Part shown: positions 11,044-23,304 of the stretch, one piece after another
How positions within the stretch are numbered: the first letter of the stretch is position 1
Layout: each line of letters opens with the position of its first letter
Origin: Macrostomum lignano
Taxonomy: Eukaryota
Reading direction: 5' to 3'
NCBI GenBank assembly: GCA_002269645.1
Contig: NIVC01000739.1
Span: 62,001-126,000 of the forward strand
DNA length: 64,000 nt
The notes under the pieces: generated by a model
What the model was told of the DNA's origin: nothing
Database searches by the model: none
Seen by the model: only the letters and a program-made list of their open reading frames with translations
Made by a program: the position numbers and the translations under genes

Positions 11044-14000
11044 CACCGGATCCGATGTTGACTTTCGTCACCTCTCTCACCTCATTATAGTAAGGGTAGG
11101 GGCCTAGGGTAGACACAAATATTTTAATCTGTAAAATGTTGGAAAGATTAACTTTTGCTGACACAGTTCGACTAGTGTTTTTGACTCAAATTGTCTGAAA
11201 GGGTATCTTTTTTCAAACAGATGACCATGTGTATAATAATTTGTCCATTTTTGCAAATTAATAGACATGATTGCTTAGACTAGGCAAGAGACAGAGACTG
11301 AGACTACTTGCAATTGCAGTGTGTCAGTGTATAGGCGAGTAGCTACAGTTGTGTTGCACATCGTTTGCTTTAATTGATATTGATGTTAGCTGGCATTTTG
11401 TTTTGTCTAATCATGCCCTAGTCTTTGATTTTATATTGATTTGTCTAGGCCTACCATAAGCCTAGTTTGAAGGGAAAATGTATGCCTGGATTTCCCAGCA
11501 TACGATACAACAAGGGTCTTACCATTTTCAATATATATCAGGGTATATCCCGATGTACATGACAGCGGACACATTGTGTCAAATGACACATTTTTGTATT
11601 GGCATATCAACCTGGTATAGGCCTACAAATCAAATGAGGTTTTGTTATGTTTTCCAGCATTAAACCCAGTTTCATTCTATATTCAATTCAAAGTGACAAA
11701 ATGAAAGAACATACAAAAGCAATAAATATAATCTAATAGCTAAAGCATAGGCAGGAATCTAATTTATTATACTTTTAGGACTTAATATAATTTTACTTCA
11801 TTTGAAGTCTATAGCAGTTTTTTTAGGTGTTTTGTAGTCCATTGTGGTCCATTGCATCCATTGCAGTGTTTACATGGACTATAAGACAATGGCTAGCCAG
11901 ATTTCTAGTATTGAAACCTATTTTCTAATGCTAATAGCTATGGATCTAGCACTAGAAATGGTAGGCCTATTCTAGCAGTGCAATTTATATATAATAAAGT
12001 AAAAACTTGTCAAGCTAAGAACACTCGCGTGCGTCAAGAGAAAAATAAAGTTTCGTAGCTCTGCGTTGAGTAGAAGTGTCTGTCAGCGAATGTCAAGCTG
12101 GACCCCCAAAATACACTACGGAGATAGGAACACCGTTTGCAGGTGAATAACTCGTACAGGCTTTAAGCTAGGGTGCTGATTTTTGACTTGCCAACGCATC
12201 TTGCGTGCGTCAAGAGAAAAATAAAGTTTTGTAGCTCTGCGTTGAGTAGAAGTGTCTGTCAGCGAATGTCAAGCTGGACCCCCAAAATACACTACGGAGA
12301 TAGGAACACAGTTTGCAGGTGAATAACTCGTACAGGCTTTAAGCTAGGGTGCTGATTTTTGACTTGCCAATGCATCTCGCGTGCGTCAAGAGAAAAATAA
12401 AGTTTCGTAGCTCTGCGTTGAGTAGAAGTGTCTGTCAGCGAATGTCAAGCTGGACCCCCAAAATACACTACGGAGATAGGAACACAGTTTGCAGGTGAAT
12501 AACTCGTACAGGCTTTAAGCTAGGGTGCTGATTTTTGACTTACCAACGCATCTCGCGTGCGTCAAGAGAAAAATAAAGTTTCACAGCTCTGCGTTGAGTA
12601 GAAGTGTCTGTCAGCGAATGTCAAGCTGGACCCCCAAAATACACTACGGAGATAGGAACACAGTTTGCAGGTGAATAACTCGTACAGGCTTTAAGCTAGG
12701 GTGCTGATTTTTGACTTGCCAACGCATCTCGCGTGCGTCAAGAGAAAAATAAAGTTTCGTAGCTCTGCGTTGAGTAGAAGTGTCTGTCAGCGAATGTCAA
12801 GCTGGACCCCCAAAATACACTACGGAGATAGGAACACAGTTTGCAGGTGAATAACTCGTACAGGCTTTAAGCTAGGGTGCTGATTTTTGACTTGCCAACG
12901 CATCTCGCGTGCGTCAAGAGAAAAATAAAGTTTCACAGCTCTGCGTTGAGTAGAAGTGTCTGTCAGCGAATGTCAAGCTGGACCCCCAAAATACACTACG
13001 GAGATAGGAACACAGTTTGCAGGTGAATAACTCGTACAGGCTTTAAGCTAGGGTGCTGATTTTTGACTTGCCAACGCATCTCGCGTGCGTCAAGAGAAAA
13101 ATAAAGTTTCGTAGCTCTGCGTTGAGTAGAAGTGTCTGTCAGCGAATGTCAAGCTGGACCCCCAAAATACACTACGGAGATAGGAACACAGTTTGCAGGT
13201 GAATAACTCGTACAGGCTTTAAGCTAGGGTGTTGATTTTTTACTTGCCAACGCATCTCGCGTGCGTCAAGAGAAAAATAAAGTTTTGTAGCTCTGCGTTG
13301 AGTAGAAGTGTCTGTCAGCGAATGTCAAGCTGGACCCCCAAAATACACTACGGAGATAGGAACACAGTTTGCAGGTGAATAACTCGTACAGGCTTTAAGC
13401 TAGGGTGCTGATTTTTGACTTGCCAATGCATCTCGCGTGCGTCAAGAGAAAAATAAAGTTTCGTAGCTCTGCGTGTATTTTAAGCCGTTTTGTTGAGTTG
13501 CATAATAATACACTAAGGAGATAGGAACAAACTTTATATGTGAATAATTTGTACAGTCTATTTTTAAATGCCGAGATATTTTACGTAGTTTTTTTCTTGA
13601 TTGCGTCAAAGTTTTTGTAAAATTTTAAAGCGTTTCGTTAAAGTAAAGAAAAGTTACAGCGGCTTTGTTAAAATTTGAATGTGAATCTGAATGTCAATCG
13701 GGAAATGAATACGTCACCGGATCCGATGTTGACTTTCGTCACCTCTCTCACCTCATTATAGTAAGGGTAGGGGCCTAGGGTAGACACAAATATTTTAATC
13801 TGTAAAATGTTGGAAAGATTAACTTTTGCTGACACAGTTCGACTAGTGTTTTTGACTCAAATTGTCTGAAAGGGTATCTTTTTTCAAACAGATGACCATG
13901 TGTATAATAATTTGTCCATTTTTGCAAATTAATAGACATGATTGCTTAGACTAGGCAAGAGACAGAGACTGAGACTACTTGCAATTGCAGTGTGTCAGTG

Positions 14001-14678
14001 TATAGGCGAGTAGCTACAGTTGTGTTGCACATCGTTTGCTTTAATTGATATTGATGTTAGCTGGCATTTTGTTTTGTCTAATCATGCCCTAGTCTTTGAT
14101 TTTATATTGATTTGTCTAGGCCTACCATAAGCCTAGTTTGAAGGGAAAATGTATGCCTGGATTTCCCAGCATACGATACAACAAGGGTCTTACCATTTTC
14201 AATATATATCAGGGTATATCCCGATGTACATGACAGCGGACACATTGTGTCAAATGACACATTTTTGTATTGGCATATCAACCTGGTATAGGCCTACAAA
14301 TCAAATGAGGTTTTGTTATGTTTTCCAGCATTAAACCCAGTTTCATTCTATATTCAATTCAAAGTGACAAAATGAAAGAACATACAAAAGCAATAAATAT
14401 AATCTAATAGCTAAAGCATAGGCAGGAATCTAATTTATTATACTTTTAGGACTTAATATATTTAAACTTCATTTGAAGTCTATAGCAGTTTTTTAGGTGT
14501 TTTGTAGTCCATTGTGGTCCATTGCATCCATTGCAGTGTTTACATGGACTATAAGACAATGGCTAGCCAGATTTCTAGTATTGAAACCTATTTTCTAATG
14601 CTAATAACTATGGATCTAGCACTAGAAATGGTAGGCCTATTCTAGCAGTGCAATTTATATATAATAAAGTAAAAACTT
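11044..14678 (+). repeat. 965-bp near-identical direct duplication (11044-12008 and 13715-14678) flanking a 1.7-kb satellite-bearing segment
   Basis: Both copies start CACCGGATCCGATGTTGAC and end ATAATAAAGTAAAAACTT; only a few differences seen; identical 61-aa ORFs at 11478 and 14149. Confidence 0.95.
12026..13474 (+). repeat. 176-bp tandem satellite, 8 full copies plus a partial
   Basis: GCGTGCGTCAAGAG recurs at 12027, 12203, 12379, 12555, 12731, 12907, 13083, 13259, 13435; a more diverged unit follows at ~13490-13600. Confidence 0.97.
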
Positions 14679-17661
14679 AATAATGGCTAATAGATATTAA
14701 ACCCAAGATTTTTAGGGGTTGCAAAATATTGAGATAGAGCAGGGGCCAAGAAAATAAATTTTTGGCAAATCAAAGTCAGTTGGTTGGTTGCTGTTGCTGT
14801 CACCAATAAAGTGGGACGGTTTTAAACTTTGAATTTCTACCAACATTGAGATTGAGTTTGCACAAATAATTCTAAATAATTGTTTAGACAAATCATAGAC
14901 CTAACAAAATTTTCTCCTGTTTACTCTAGCTACCAGGGTTTTCAATTCTGGGAAGAAGGTAGTCATAATCACAATTGAGTAATCATCAATGGGCACAGTT
15001 GTTTAGATAGTAGACACCAAGGTCTTGATATCATAAGTTAATGTATGTCAATTTGCTTCGTCTATTTCTTTTAGTAGAGTAGTACTGCTACCATAATTTT
15101 ATATTATAAAATGTTGAAATCTTTTAGCTCACTTGGAGTTGAGATTAATTTGGTTGTTTAATACCCTATTGACAAATGACTTAAGATAAGCTATAATGCT
15201 TTGACTAACTAATGAAAATAAATATTGGTTATTGCTGATTATTAATGGCTAAATAAGAATTGCTCATATAGCAGTTTAATAAAAAGGCTATTAGTTGTTG
15301 TTAAAACTGACAAAAGATAGATTTCAGGCAATGCCAAGGGTGCAAATTAATGAGCTATCAAACTATTAAAACAAAACTAGAAACATAAAAAATGAGGGAC
15401 AAGGAAAATGAGCATAGAAAAAAAAACATGACAGATAAGTTTGGTTAATAAATATGGTACGTAGAATAAAATAATAGAATGGGGCAGGAGATGGCTCAGC
15501 TAGTAAGGCAGGCAATGGGGCAACTAAAAGGAAAACAAGGCCAATGGAACCAGCAAGAAAAGCAAGGGCCAAACAAAGGCAAGGAGGGGCCAAAAGAGGG
15601 AACATAAGAGGTCAATAGAGGGGGAAACAAATGGTTATGACAGATTTGAGTCCAGAAGCCAGAAACTTTCCCAAATGGTAGTCCTCGCTACCACAACATC
15701 ATATTTTTGAAATAATATCTATGCTTTTAAGATAATAGATAAAATTGAGAATCAAAATTAAGTCTAGTTAAGATCTAAAAGTGCTTATTTCATAATTTTT
15801 TAATGTGTAAAATGATAATAAGTTTCTAATAAAAGGAAAAACAAATATTATATTTTATAGGCCCTAATATTAAACTTGTTAGGCATTAGTCACTTGTTTT
15901 GATGTTTATCTAATATAGATATAATAATATTATAGTAAACAATAGTCACAGTTACTAATCTTGACTTTTTAGATCTAAAACTAAGATCAGCATAGAAAAA
16001 GTGCCAAGACTCTATTAAAAGCCATAGTTTGGAAGGCAACTTATTTGCTAGGATTTTTCAGCAAATAACAACTAACAAGGCAGGGTAGAGGGCCTACTTG
16101 CCTCTTTCAATGTATGTTATGTAAGTATATCTTAGCATATAGATACATGACACAGCAGAAACATTGTGTTAATAATATATTTTTTAGTTCTAGTATACAA
16201 ACAAGGTCTTGTAATTTTTGCCATTAGACCCAGTATATAATAATATATAATCCAAACTATAAAGTAGATTCTATTACATGGAAGATAACTAACTGCCTTC
16301 AGTAGGAAGCATTGCCAAATCTATAGCCATTAGAAAATAGGTTCTAGTTCTAGAACTTTAGCTATTACTCCTTAATAGAGCTAATGCAACATTTTAATAG
16401 GCCTAGCTATTGTTAAGTTAAGTATCCTGCATTTTTAAATTTTTGTTTTATTTAGAAAATAGTTTATTTAAACTTAACAACTTTTTTACTTTTATTTTGT
16501 ACTTTAGAGTAGATTAGGCTATTTCAAAGTATTAAAGTAGATTTAAGTTAAAATTTAAGGGTATTACCTGGCATTTATTGGGACCAAAAGTTTTTTGTCT
16601 TAAATATATTTTGGGATATGCATGCCATGATCTTAATTTATAGGCCTAATAAAAAAATTTAAAGTTGAACTTCAAATGTAGTTAAACTGAATATATAATA
16701 GTGCATCATAAAAAATAAGAAAAAAATCTTATAATTTTTATTACCTACCCAATCTTAAAAAAAATTATTTTTATAGACAAGTAAGATTATCAAGTAAAAT
16801 AACAAATTTACTAAAATGTCTTTCAAAATCTTTTTAGAGTCCTAAAATATAGTATATGGCATCATATTTATTTATAATTATTTTACATTTTTGTTTCTTT
16901 TAAAGTATGTATTTCAACAGTCTACTAAATAACTAAAAGTTAATAAACAAGTTTTTAAAGGAGCAAACTAATTTGCATAAAGAATTAAGGGAAAGTTAAT
17001 TTGCATTGGTCAAAACTAGGTTGCATAGACAATATTATTTAACATGCTTGGGCGCAACCTAGGGTTCACATCATCACATGTAAGTTGCTATTATACAGAA
17101 TAGTAGTCACATGACTGCTCTCAGCCAATAGCGACTTACATATGTGTGTTGCCAATAGAAATGGCTGGGTGAATCCCAAGGTTGTGCATGTATGTTATTT
17201 AAGTAAATTGTTACTCATATTAACACTGAAATTGAGGCTAAATTTAATGTAAAGTATTAAAACTGTCGTATTTTTCTTAGAACTTCTTATCAAAGAATAG
17301 CTCTAGGTTTCTGCCATTTGTGGCATTGTGGATGTATTCATTTTTCCATGAAATGACAAATCCTTCTAATAACCTTACATATTAACATTAACTTGCATTT
17401 CTGTTCCTTAACCTTAAAATAATATGATCTATGATGTATAAAACATTTCCCTTGCTCATTTTGTGTCTTGTCCTAAATATTAGACTCCTATACTAGATAT
17501 ATAAAACAACAATAAAAAAAGTTCTTTGTAGCACCAATCTATACTTTTTTATTTAATTTATTCAGGTGTTAGACCAATTCAAGGACTTGTTTAAATTTTC
17601 TATCTGCTTGTTTCATTGATGCACATTTGAAGAAAAGATTTTTGACAAGACTTTAATCATC

Positions 17662-20246
17662 ATGTCTTTACTGGAGACTTATGAGCAGCAGTTTGGCATA
17701 ACTATTGCCGAAATTACTAGTAAAATTAATCAGATATCTCGAATTTCCGATCCAGGTATATATTTCCTATTGGCTAATCTATTGTATAAAAACTAATTGA
17801 CCCTAAAGTCCCTGATTTGCACTTGACAGTACACCTTAGAGATTAGATGACATATTAGAATATATCAGCATAACACCTGGCATCACCCCTGGATGATATC
17901 AAATAGCCCTGACATCACCCCTAGATAACATCAAAAGCACCTGACATCACCCCTAGATAACATCAAAAGCACCTGACATCACCCCTAGATAACATTAGAA
18001 GCACCTGACATCACCCCTAGATAACATCAAAAGCACCTGACATCACCCCTAGATAACATCAGAAGCACCTGACATCACCCCTAGATAACATCAGAAGCAC
18101 CTGACATCACCCCTAGATAACATCAAAAGCACCTGACATCACCCCTAGATAACATCAAAAGCACCTGACATCACCCCTAGATAACATTACAAGCACCTGA
18201 CATCACCCCTAGATAACATCAGAAGCACCTGACATCACCCCTAGATAACATCAGAAGCACCTGACATCACCCCTAGATAACATCAGAAGCACCTGACATC
18301 ACCCCTAGATAACACCAGAAGCACCTGATATCACCTCTAGATAACATCAGAAGCACCTGACATCACCCCTAGATAACATCAGAAGCACCTGACATCACCC
18401 CTAGATAACATCAGAAGCACCTGACATCACCCCTAGATAACATCAAAAGCACCTGACATCACCCCTAGATAACATCAGAAGCACCTGACATCACCCCTAG
18501 ATAACATCAGAAGCACCTGACATCACCCCTAGACCACATCAGAAGCACCTGACATCACCCCTAGACCACATCAGAAGCAACTGACATCACCCCTAAATAA
18601 CATCAAAAGCACCTGACACCCCGCAGACGAACGCCAGTCAGCGGAGTCCCAAGCCGAGCGCCTGTTTGCAGAAGCTCGCGAAACTCTGGAACAATTGGAA
18701 TTGGAGACTCGCTCGCAGCCGCCCTCAATCAGGCAGAAGTACTCCACTAGATTGCAGAGTTACACCGCTGAGCAGAAAAAGTTGGAGAATGATTTTAAAC
18801 AGGCTAAAGACTTCGCGCAGAGGCAGCAGCAACGAGATGAATTATTCTCTTCAGGTAAGGTTTTAATATCAGTTTTTTTGTGTCTCATCCATTAGGTAGG
18901 TTGACGCCCTCATGTCCTTCACGGCTTCACGGAGGGTAATGCACTGGGTTCCTTCAGGGAGGGTGACACCCAGATCCTTCAGGGAGTGTGATGCCCTCAG
19001 ATCCTTCAGGGAGGGTGACACCCAGATCCTTCAGGGAAGGTGATGCCCTTAGATACTTCAGGGAGGGTGACACCCAGATCCTTCAGGGAGTGGGATGTCC
19101 TTAGATACTTCAGGGAGGGTGACACCCAGATCCTTCAGGGAAGGTGGTGCCCTTAGATACTTCAGGGAGGGTGACACCCAGATCCTTCAGGGAGTGTGAT
19201 GCCCTTAGATACTTCAGGGAGGGTGATGCCCTTAGATACTTCAGGGAGGGTGATGCCCTTAGATACTTCAAGGAGGGTGATGCCCTTAGCTACTTCAGGG
19301 AGGGTGATGCCCTTAGATACTACAGGGAGGGTGATGCCCTTAGATACTTCATGGAGTGTGATGCCCTTAGATACTTCAGGGAGGGTGACACCCAGATCCT
19401 TCAGGGAAGGTGATGCCCTTAGATACTTCAGGGAGGGTGACACCCAGATTCTCAGGGATTGAGATTTCCTCAGATTCTTCAGGGAGGGTGGCACCCAGGT
19501 CCTTCAGGGAGTGTGATGCCCTTAGATACTTCAGGGAGGGTGACACCCAGATTTTCAGGGATTGAGATTTCCTCAGATTCTTCAGGGAGGGTGGCACCCA
19601 GGTCCTTCAGGGAGTGTGATGCCCTTAGATACTTCAGGGAGGGTGACACCCAGATCCTCAGGGATTGAGATTTCCTCAGATCCTTCAGGGAGGGTGGCAC
19701 CCAAGTCCTTCAGGGAGTGTGATGCCCTCAGTTGTTACTTATTAAGTAGCATAATAATTGTTTTATTGCAACCACTCATACTGACAACAAAGTTAAATAA
19801 ACTCATCAATAAAAACCGCAGGCGCCGACGATAACAATTATCACGCGGCCTCTGAGTACCGGGCGCGCCTGCTTGACAACACGGAACGGTTAGAACGAAC
19901 CGGCCGGCGCATGGAAGAAGGCCTCGGCAGTGTGTATGAGACCGAGCGAGTTGGCAGGGACATTCTGGCTGACTTGGCTAGCCAACGAGAGACCCTGACC
20001 CGCAGTAGGGACAAGCTTAAATCCACTAATCAAGACCTGGGCTCAAGCAGTCGCATACTGGGCGGTATGATGCGCCGAGTGGTGCAGAATCGAGCTCTGC
20101 TGCTGCTCATTCTCGGCGTCATGCTGCTGGTGATCGGGGCCGTGCTGTATGTGGCATTGAAGCCGCGCACTCTTCATATTGGCGCCGATTCGGCAACTCC
20201 GACAACTCCGACTAAACTGCCCGTGGCTCCGGCACCTGTGCCGTGA
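17662..20246 (+). CDS. VTI1A: Vesicle transport Qb-SNARE VTI1A
   Basis: Exons 17662-17755 (MSLLETYEQQFGITIAEITSKI), 18627-18854 (DERQ...EARETLEQLELETRSQPPSIRQKY), 19822-20246 (RARLLDNTERLER...ETERVG...SSRILGGMMRRVVQNR plus TM helix). Both introns GT-AG, phase 1, frame consistent. Confidence 0.93.
17876..18620 (+). repeat. 32-bp minisatellite, ~23 copies, VTI1A intron 1
   Basis: Unit CACCTGACATCACCCCTAGATAACATCAGAAG. Confidence 0.95.
18945..19730 (+). repeat. Compound ~25-27-bp minisatellite, VTI1A intron 2
   Basis: Interleaved variants CTTCAGGGAGGGTGACACCCAGATC and CTTCAGGGAGGGTGATGCCCTTAGATA, with a higher-order ~103-bp repeat near 19420-19730. Confidence 0.93.
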
Positions 20247-20460
20247 TTAGCGGTTGAATAACCTACCGTATTTATTATTTATCGTGATCAGCCACTTGAA
20301 TTGCTTGCGCACTGCAGGAGGTATGGATTATTGATTTTTGTCTGTCTGCAAACTTTTCGTATTGAAGTCGAGATTTTTTAATTCATTGTCAAATCTTTTT
20401 ATTTATGTGTCCGATTGAAGTTATCATCTGCTGCTTAAAATAACAATCTAAAGCCACCAA

Positions 20461-20908
20461 TGAGAATCGCCCCTTATCTACCATATGAGAATCGCTCCTT
20501 ATCTACTATATGAGCATCGCCCCTTATCTACTATATGAGAATCGCCCCTTATCTACTATATGAGAATCGCCCCTTATCTACCATATGAGAATCGCCCCTT
20601 ATCTACTATATGAGAATCGCCCCTTATCTACTATATGAGAATCGCCCCTTATCTACTATATGAGAATCGCCCCTTATCTACTATATGAGAATCGCCCCTT
20701 ATCTACCATCTGAGAATCGCCCCTTATCTACCATCTGAGAATCGCCCCTTATCTACCATCTGAGAATCGCCCCTTATCTACCATCTGAGAATCGCCCCTT
20801 ATCTACCATCTGAGAATCGCCCCTTATCTACCATCTGAGAATCGCCCTTTATCTACCATCTGAGAATCGCCCCTTATCTACCATATGAGAATCGCCCCTT
20901 ATCTACCA
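20461..20908 (+). repeat. 25-bp minisatellite, ~18 copies, downstream of VTI1A stop
   Basis: Unit TGAGAATCGCCCCTTATCTAC(C/T)AT(A/C). Confidence 0.95.
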
Positions 20909-21989
20909 CAAAAACTGCTGTTTAAACCATCGAATCTCATTTCGGTGTCAGATGAAACTGTTTCTGATTGCGTCTTTTGCTGACTTCTTCATAATCCCAA
21001 CTATGAAGTGACTCTAAATTTTAAGTAAATTATTGATCTTGATTCTTCGCTTACTAGAAGTAGTATTGTGAACTTATTTTTGTGTCGGATTTAATTAGTT
21101 CAGTGTCTTTAGTCGGCAAAACTCTATAGCATGTGTACATAGGTAACAGTATATATAAATCAAATTTGTTTTAATATAAAATTACACTTTACCTTATCTA
21201 TACTTACAGTCTGTTTATTTTATACATATAGATAGTTCTCTGTGTTGTGCGAGACACTCTACTCAAGTGCACAAATATCTTATTGGCGTAATGATAACTA
21301 TTATATTCTGCTTGTTTGCCTCAGTTAATTCTACCTGTATCTGTATCTGTAACAAGTTTCCACACCGAATCCAAGTCTAGCCATAGCGCTACTCCACTAC
21401 CTCCTCACCAGCCTAAGTTGGGGCCTCCTTGTGACGCAAATTGCATCCTTCACAGTTTAAGACGAGAACCGCTAGCGTATTGTGTGAATTGCGTCATTTG
21501 AGATCTGAGAAGGCACTGGTTTCGGTTTGGAAACTTTACTCATATTGCTGAGTGTACTTTTGTGTCACGTGTCTGTCTGTACCCTGTGTTTGCCATTTTG
21601 TCTACACATGCATTAGAAATATAATTAAGCATATAGAATGATCAAAAACCAAAATAATTGGTTGAATTCTCTGTGTACTTGCAATTGCAATAAATCAATG
21701 CGATGCTACTGAGACACTGGTTTGTGCTTTATTTGCCATCACTATTATTCATTCGTAATCGCTAAAGAGAACGCAAATCTGCTCTTGCGCTACTGTTAGT
21801 AGTTTATAGGTTTGTTAAGGCTCTACGGGGTTTGCTATAATTACCCAGAGCAGTTGAGTTCTCAAGGAAGCATAATTGTGTTTGTTAATTTCATCTGCGT
21901 TATTCAGGATGTTCGTGTTTAACTTAGAAACTTAGGTAGGTTAAGGAGAAATTAATTAGTGTAATAATTATTTTGGTTGCTCAAGAGGC

Positions 21990-22320
21990 GAGGAGGTCTG
22001 CCTTAACAACGGGGAGTCAAGTCCAAGCACATCATAAGAAATAGTAGCGACAGGGGCCATTCTGCCGACTCCCCTGAGCAGGCACACAAGCGCGCGGATA
22101 CGTACGCAGTCATACGCACAGGCACAAACTCACACACAGGAGTGTACAGCTGCCCTAACTTTATTTATCGTTAGGCATGTGCATGCACATTAATGTATAT
22201 GCCTTGGGGGTTGAGGAGATTTCAATTTAGCCCCAAATTAATGTGACTGCACTTGGAATCGAGCCTGGGCCGCTGGCACATCAAAGCACCGCGCCTAGAC
22301 CACTAGAGCCTGTTAAACTA
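21990..22320 (-). mobile_element. tRNA-derived SINE copy
   Basis: Minus strand begins GGCTCTAGTGGTCTAGG (A box-like)...GGCTCGATTCC (B box-like); body (GCTGTACACTC...GTGCGTA...) shared with copies at ~48620-48790 and ~60530-60830. Confidence 0.7.
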
Positions 22321-22345
22321 TCTTTTTTGCAATGGATAAAACCAC

Positions 22346-22748
22346 TATTGGTTTTGTCAGCCTAACTGAGAGTGGGGCCATCCAAAGTGAGAATCCTGCC
22401 TACGCTGACTGCGAGGGGCCTGGCTGCGTCCAGCCTAGTCTATGAGCCATATGAGTCTAGGATTTTAACTCTTTACTTTACTGTACTGTATCATCCAGTG
22501 TGTTCCTGTTTCCGTTATTCCGTTCAAGCTATTGGCTAGTCATATGGCTCAGAAGGTATAAAAATAAAAGAATACGACGCATAGACCAATCGATTCTCAC
22601 ATTGGATGGCTTTTTATCACTTTGCTTGTCCTTTATTGTCTATGGCCCATAGACTAAGGCTGGACGCAGCCAGGCCCTTCGCAGTCAGCGTAGGCAGGAT
22701 TCTCACTTTGGATGGCTTTAATTCTCAGTTAGGCTGACAAAACCAATA
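22346..22748. mobile_element. Foldback/MITE with ~100-bp inverted arms
   Basis: TATTGGTTTTGTCAGCCTAACTGAG...CAGCCTAGTCTATG at 22346-22445 is the reverse complement of ~22645-22748. Confidence 0.8.
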
Positions 22749-22753
22749 CTATT

Positions 22754-23304
22754 CCTTTTTACGTTCTGCTATTTGATAAAAACTGCAACCAATTTGGCCA
22801 CGGCTCAGCCTGACGCAGCCGCAGCAATTTTCCATAGACAGCCACCGCTAGCGGCAACCAATTTGGTAAAAACTGCGAGCTATTTTGCCAGCTTGAAGAT
22901 AGCAGCTAAATAGCATAACAATAACGATAAAGAATGTTAACAATACATGCACGAAGTCAGAACATTATGTCCTCAGCATTCAAGCACCGATTGAAGTACG
23001 TCTGGGAATGGTTGATCCAGCGCAGGCACTTGAGAGGCGTGATGCCAAGCTGCCAAGCTCTCACCAGTCGCCGCCACTCCTGTACGCTCTCACGATTCGC
23101 TCTCGATCCAGCTGACTTATCTTTTGGTACGGCCCACGATTCGCCATCAGAGCAGCTGCTATCTTCAAGCTGGCGGAATGGCTCGCAGTTTTTACCAGAT
23201 TGGTTGCCGCTGGCGGTGGCTGTCTATGGAAAATTCTATGTCTATGGTCAGGCTGAGCCGTGGCCAAATTGGTTGCAGTTTTTATCAAATAGAACGTAAA
23301 AAGG
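22754..23304. mobile_element. Second foldback element with ~150-bp inverted arms
   Basis: CCTTTTTACGTTCT...CTTGAAGATAGCAGCT (22754-22908) is inverted at ~23152-23304; CCATAGAC/GTCTATGG subterminal motifs. Confidence 0.8.

Noticed and set aside
12026-13474. 176-bp array, and the 25-32-bp arrays, as CRISPR or RNA-gene arrays
   Set aside because: Units are contiguous with no unique spacers, no cas genes, eukaryotic context, and no recognisable 5S, tRNA or snRNA sequence.
11044-14678. 965-bp direct repeats as the LTRs of a retroelement
   Set aside because: No TG...CA termini, no flanking TSD, PBS or PPT seen, and no gag/pol between them.
19144-19834. Overlapping repetitive ORFs (e.g. REGDALRYF)
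   Set aside because: Translations of the VTI1A intron 2 minisatellite.
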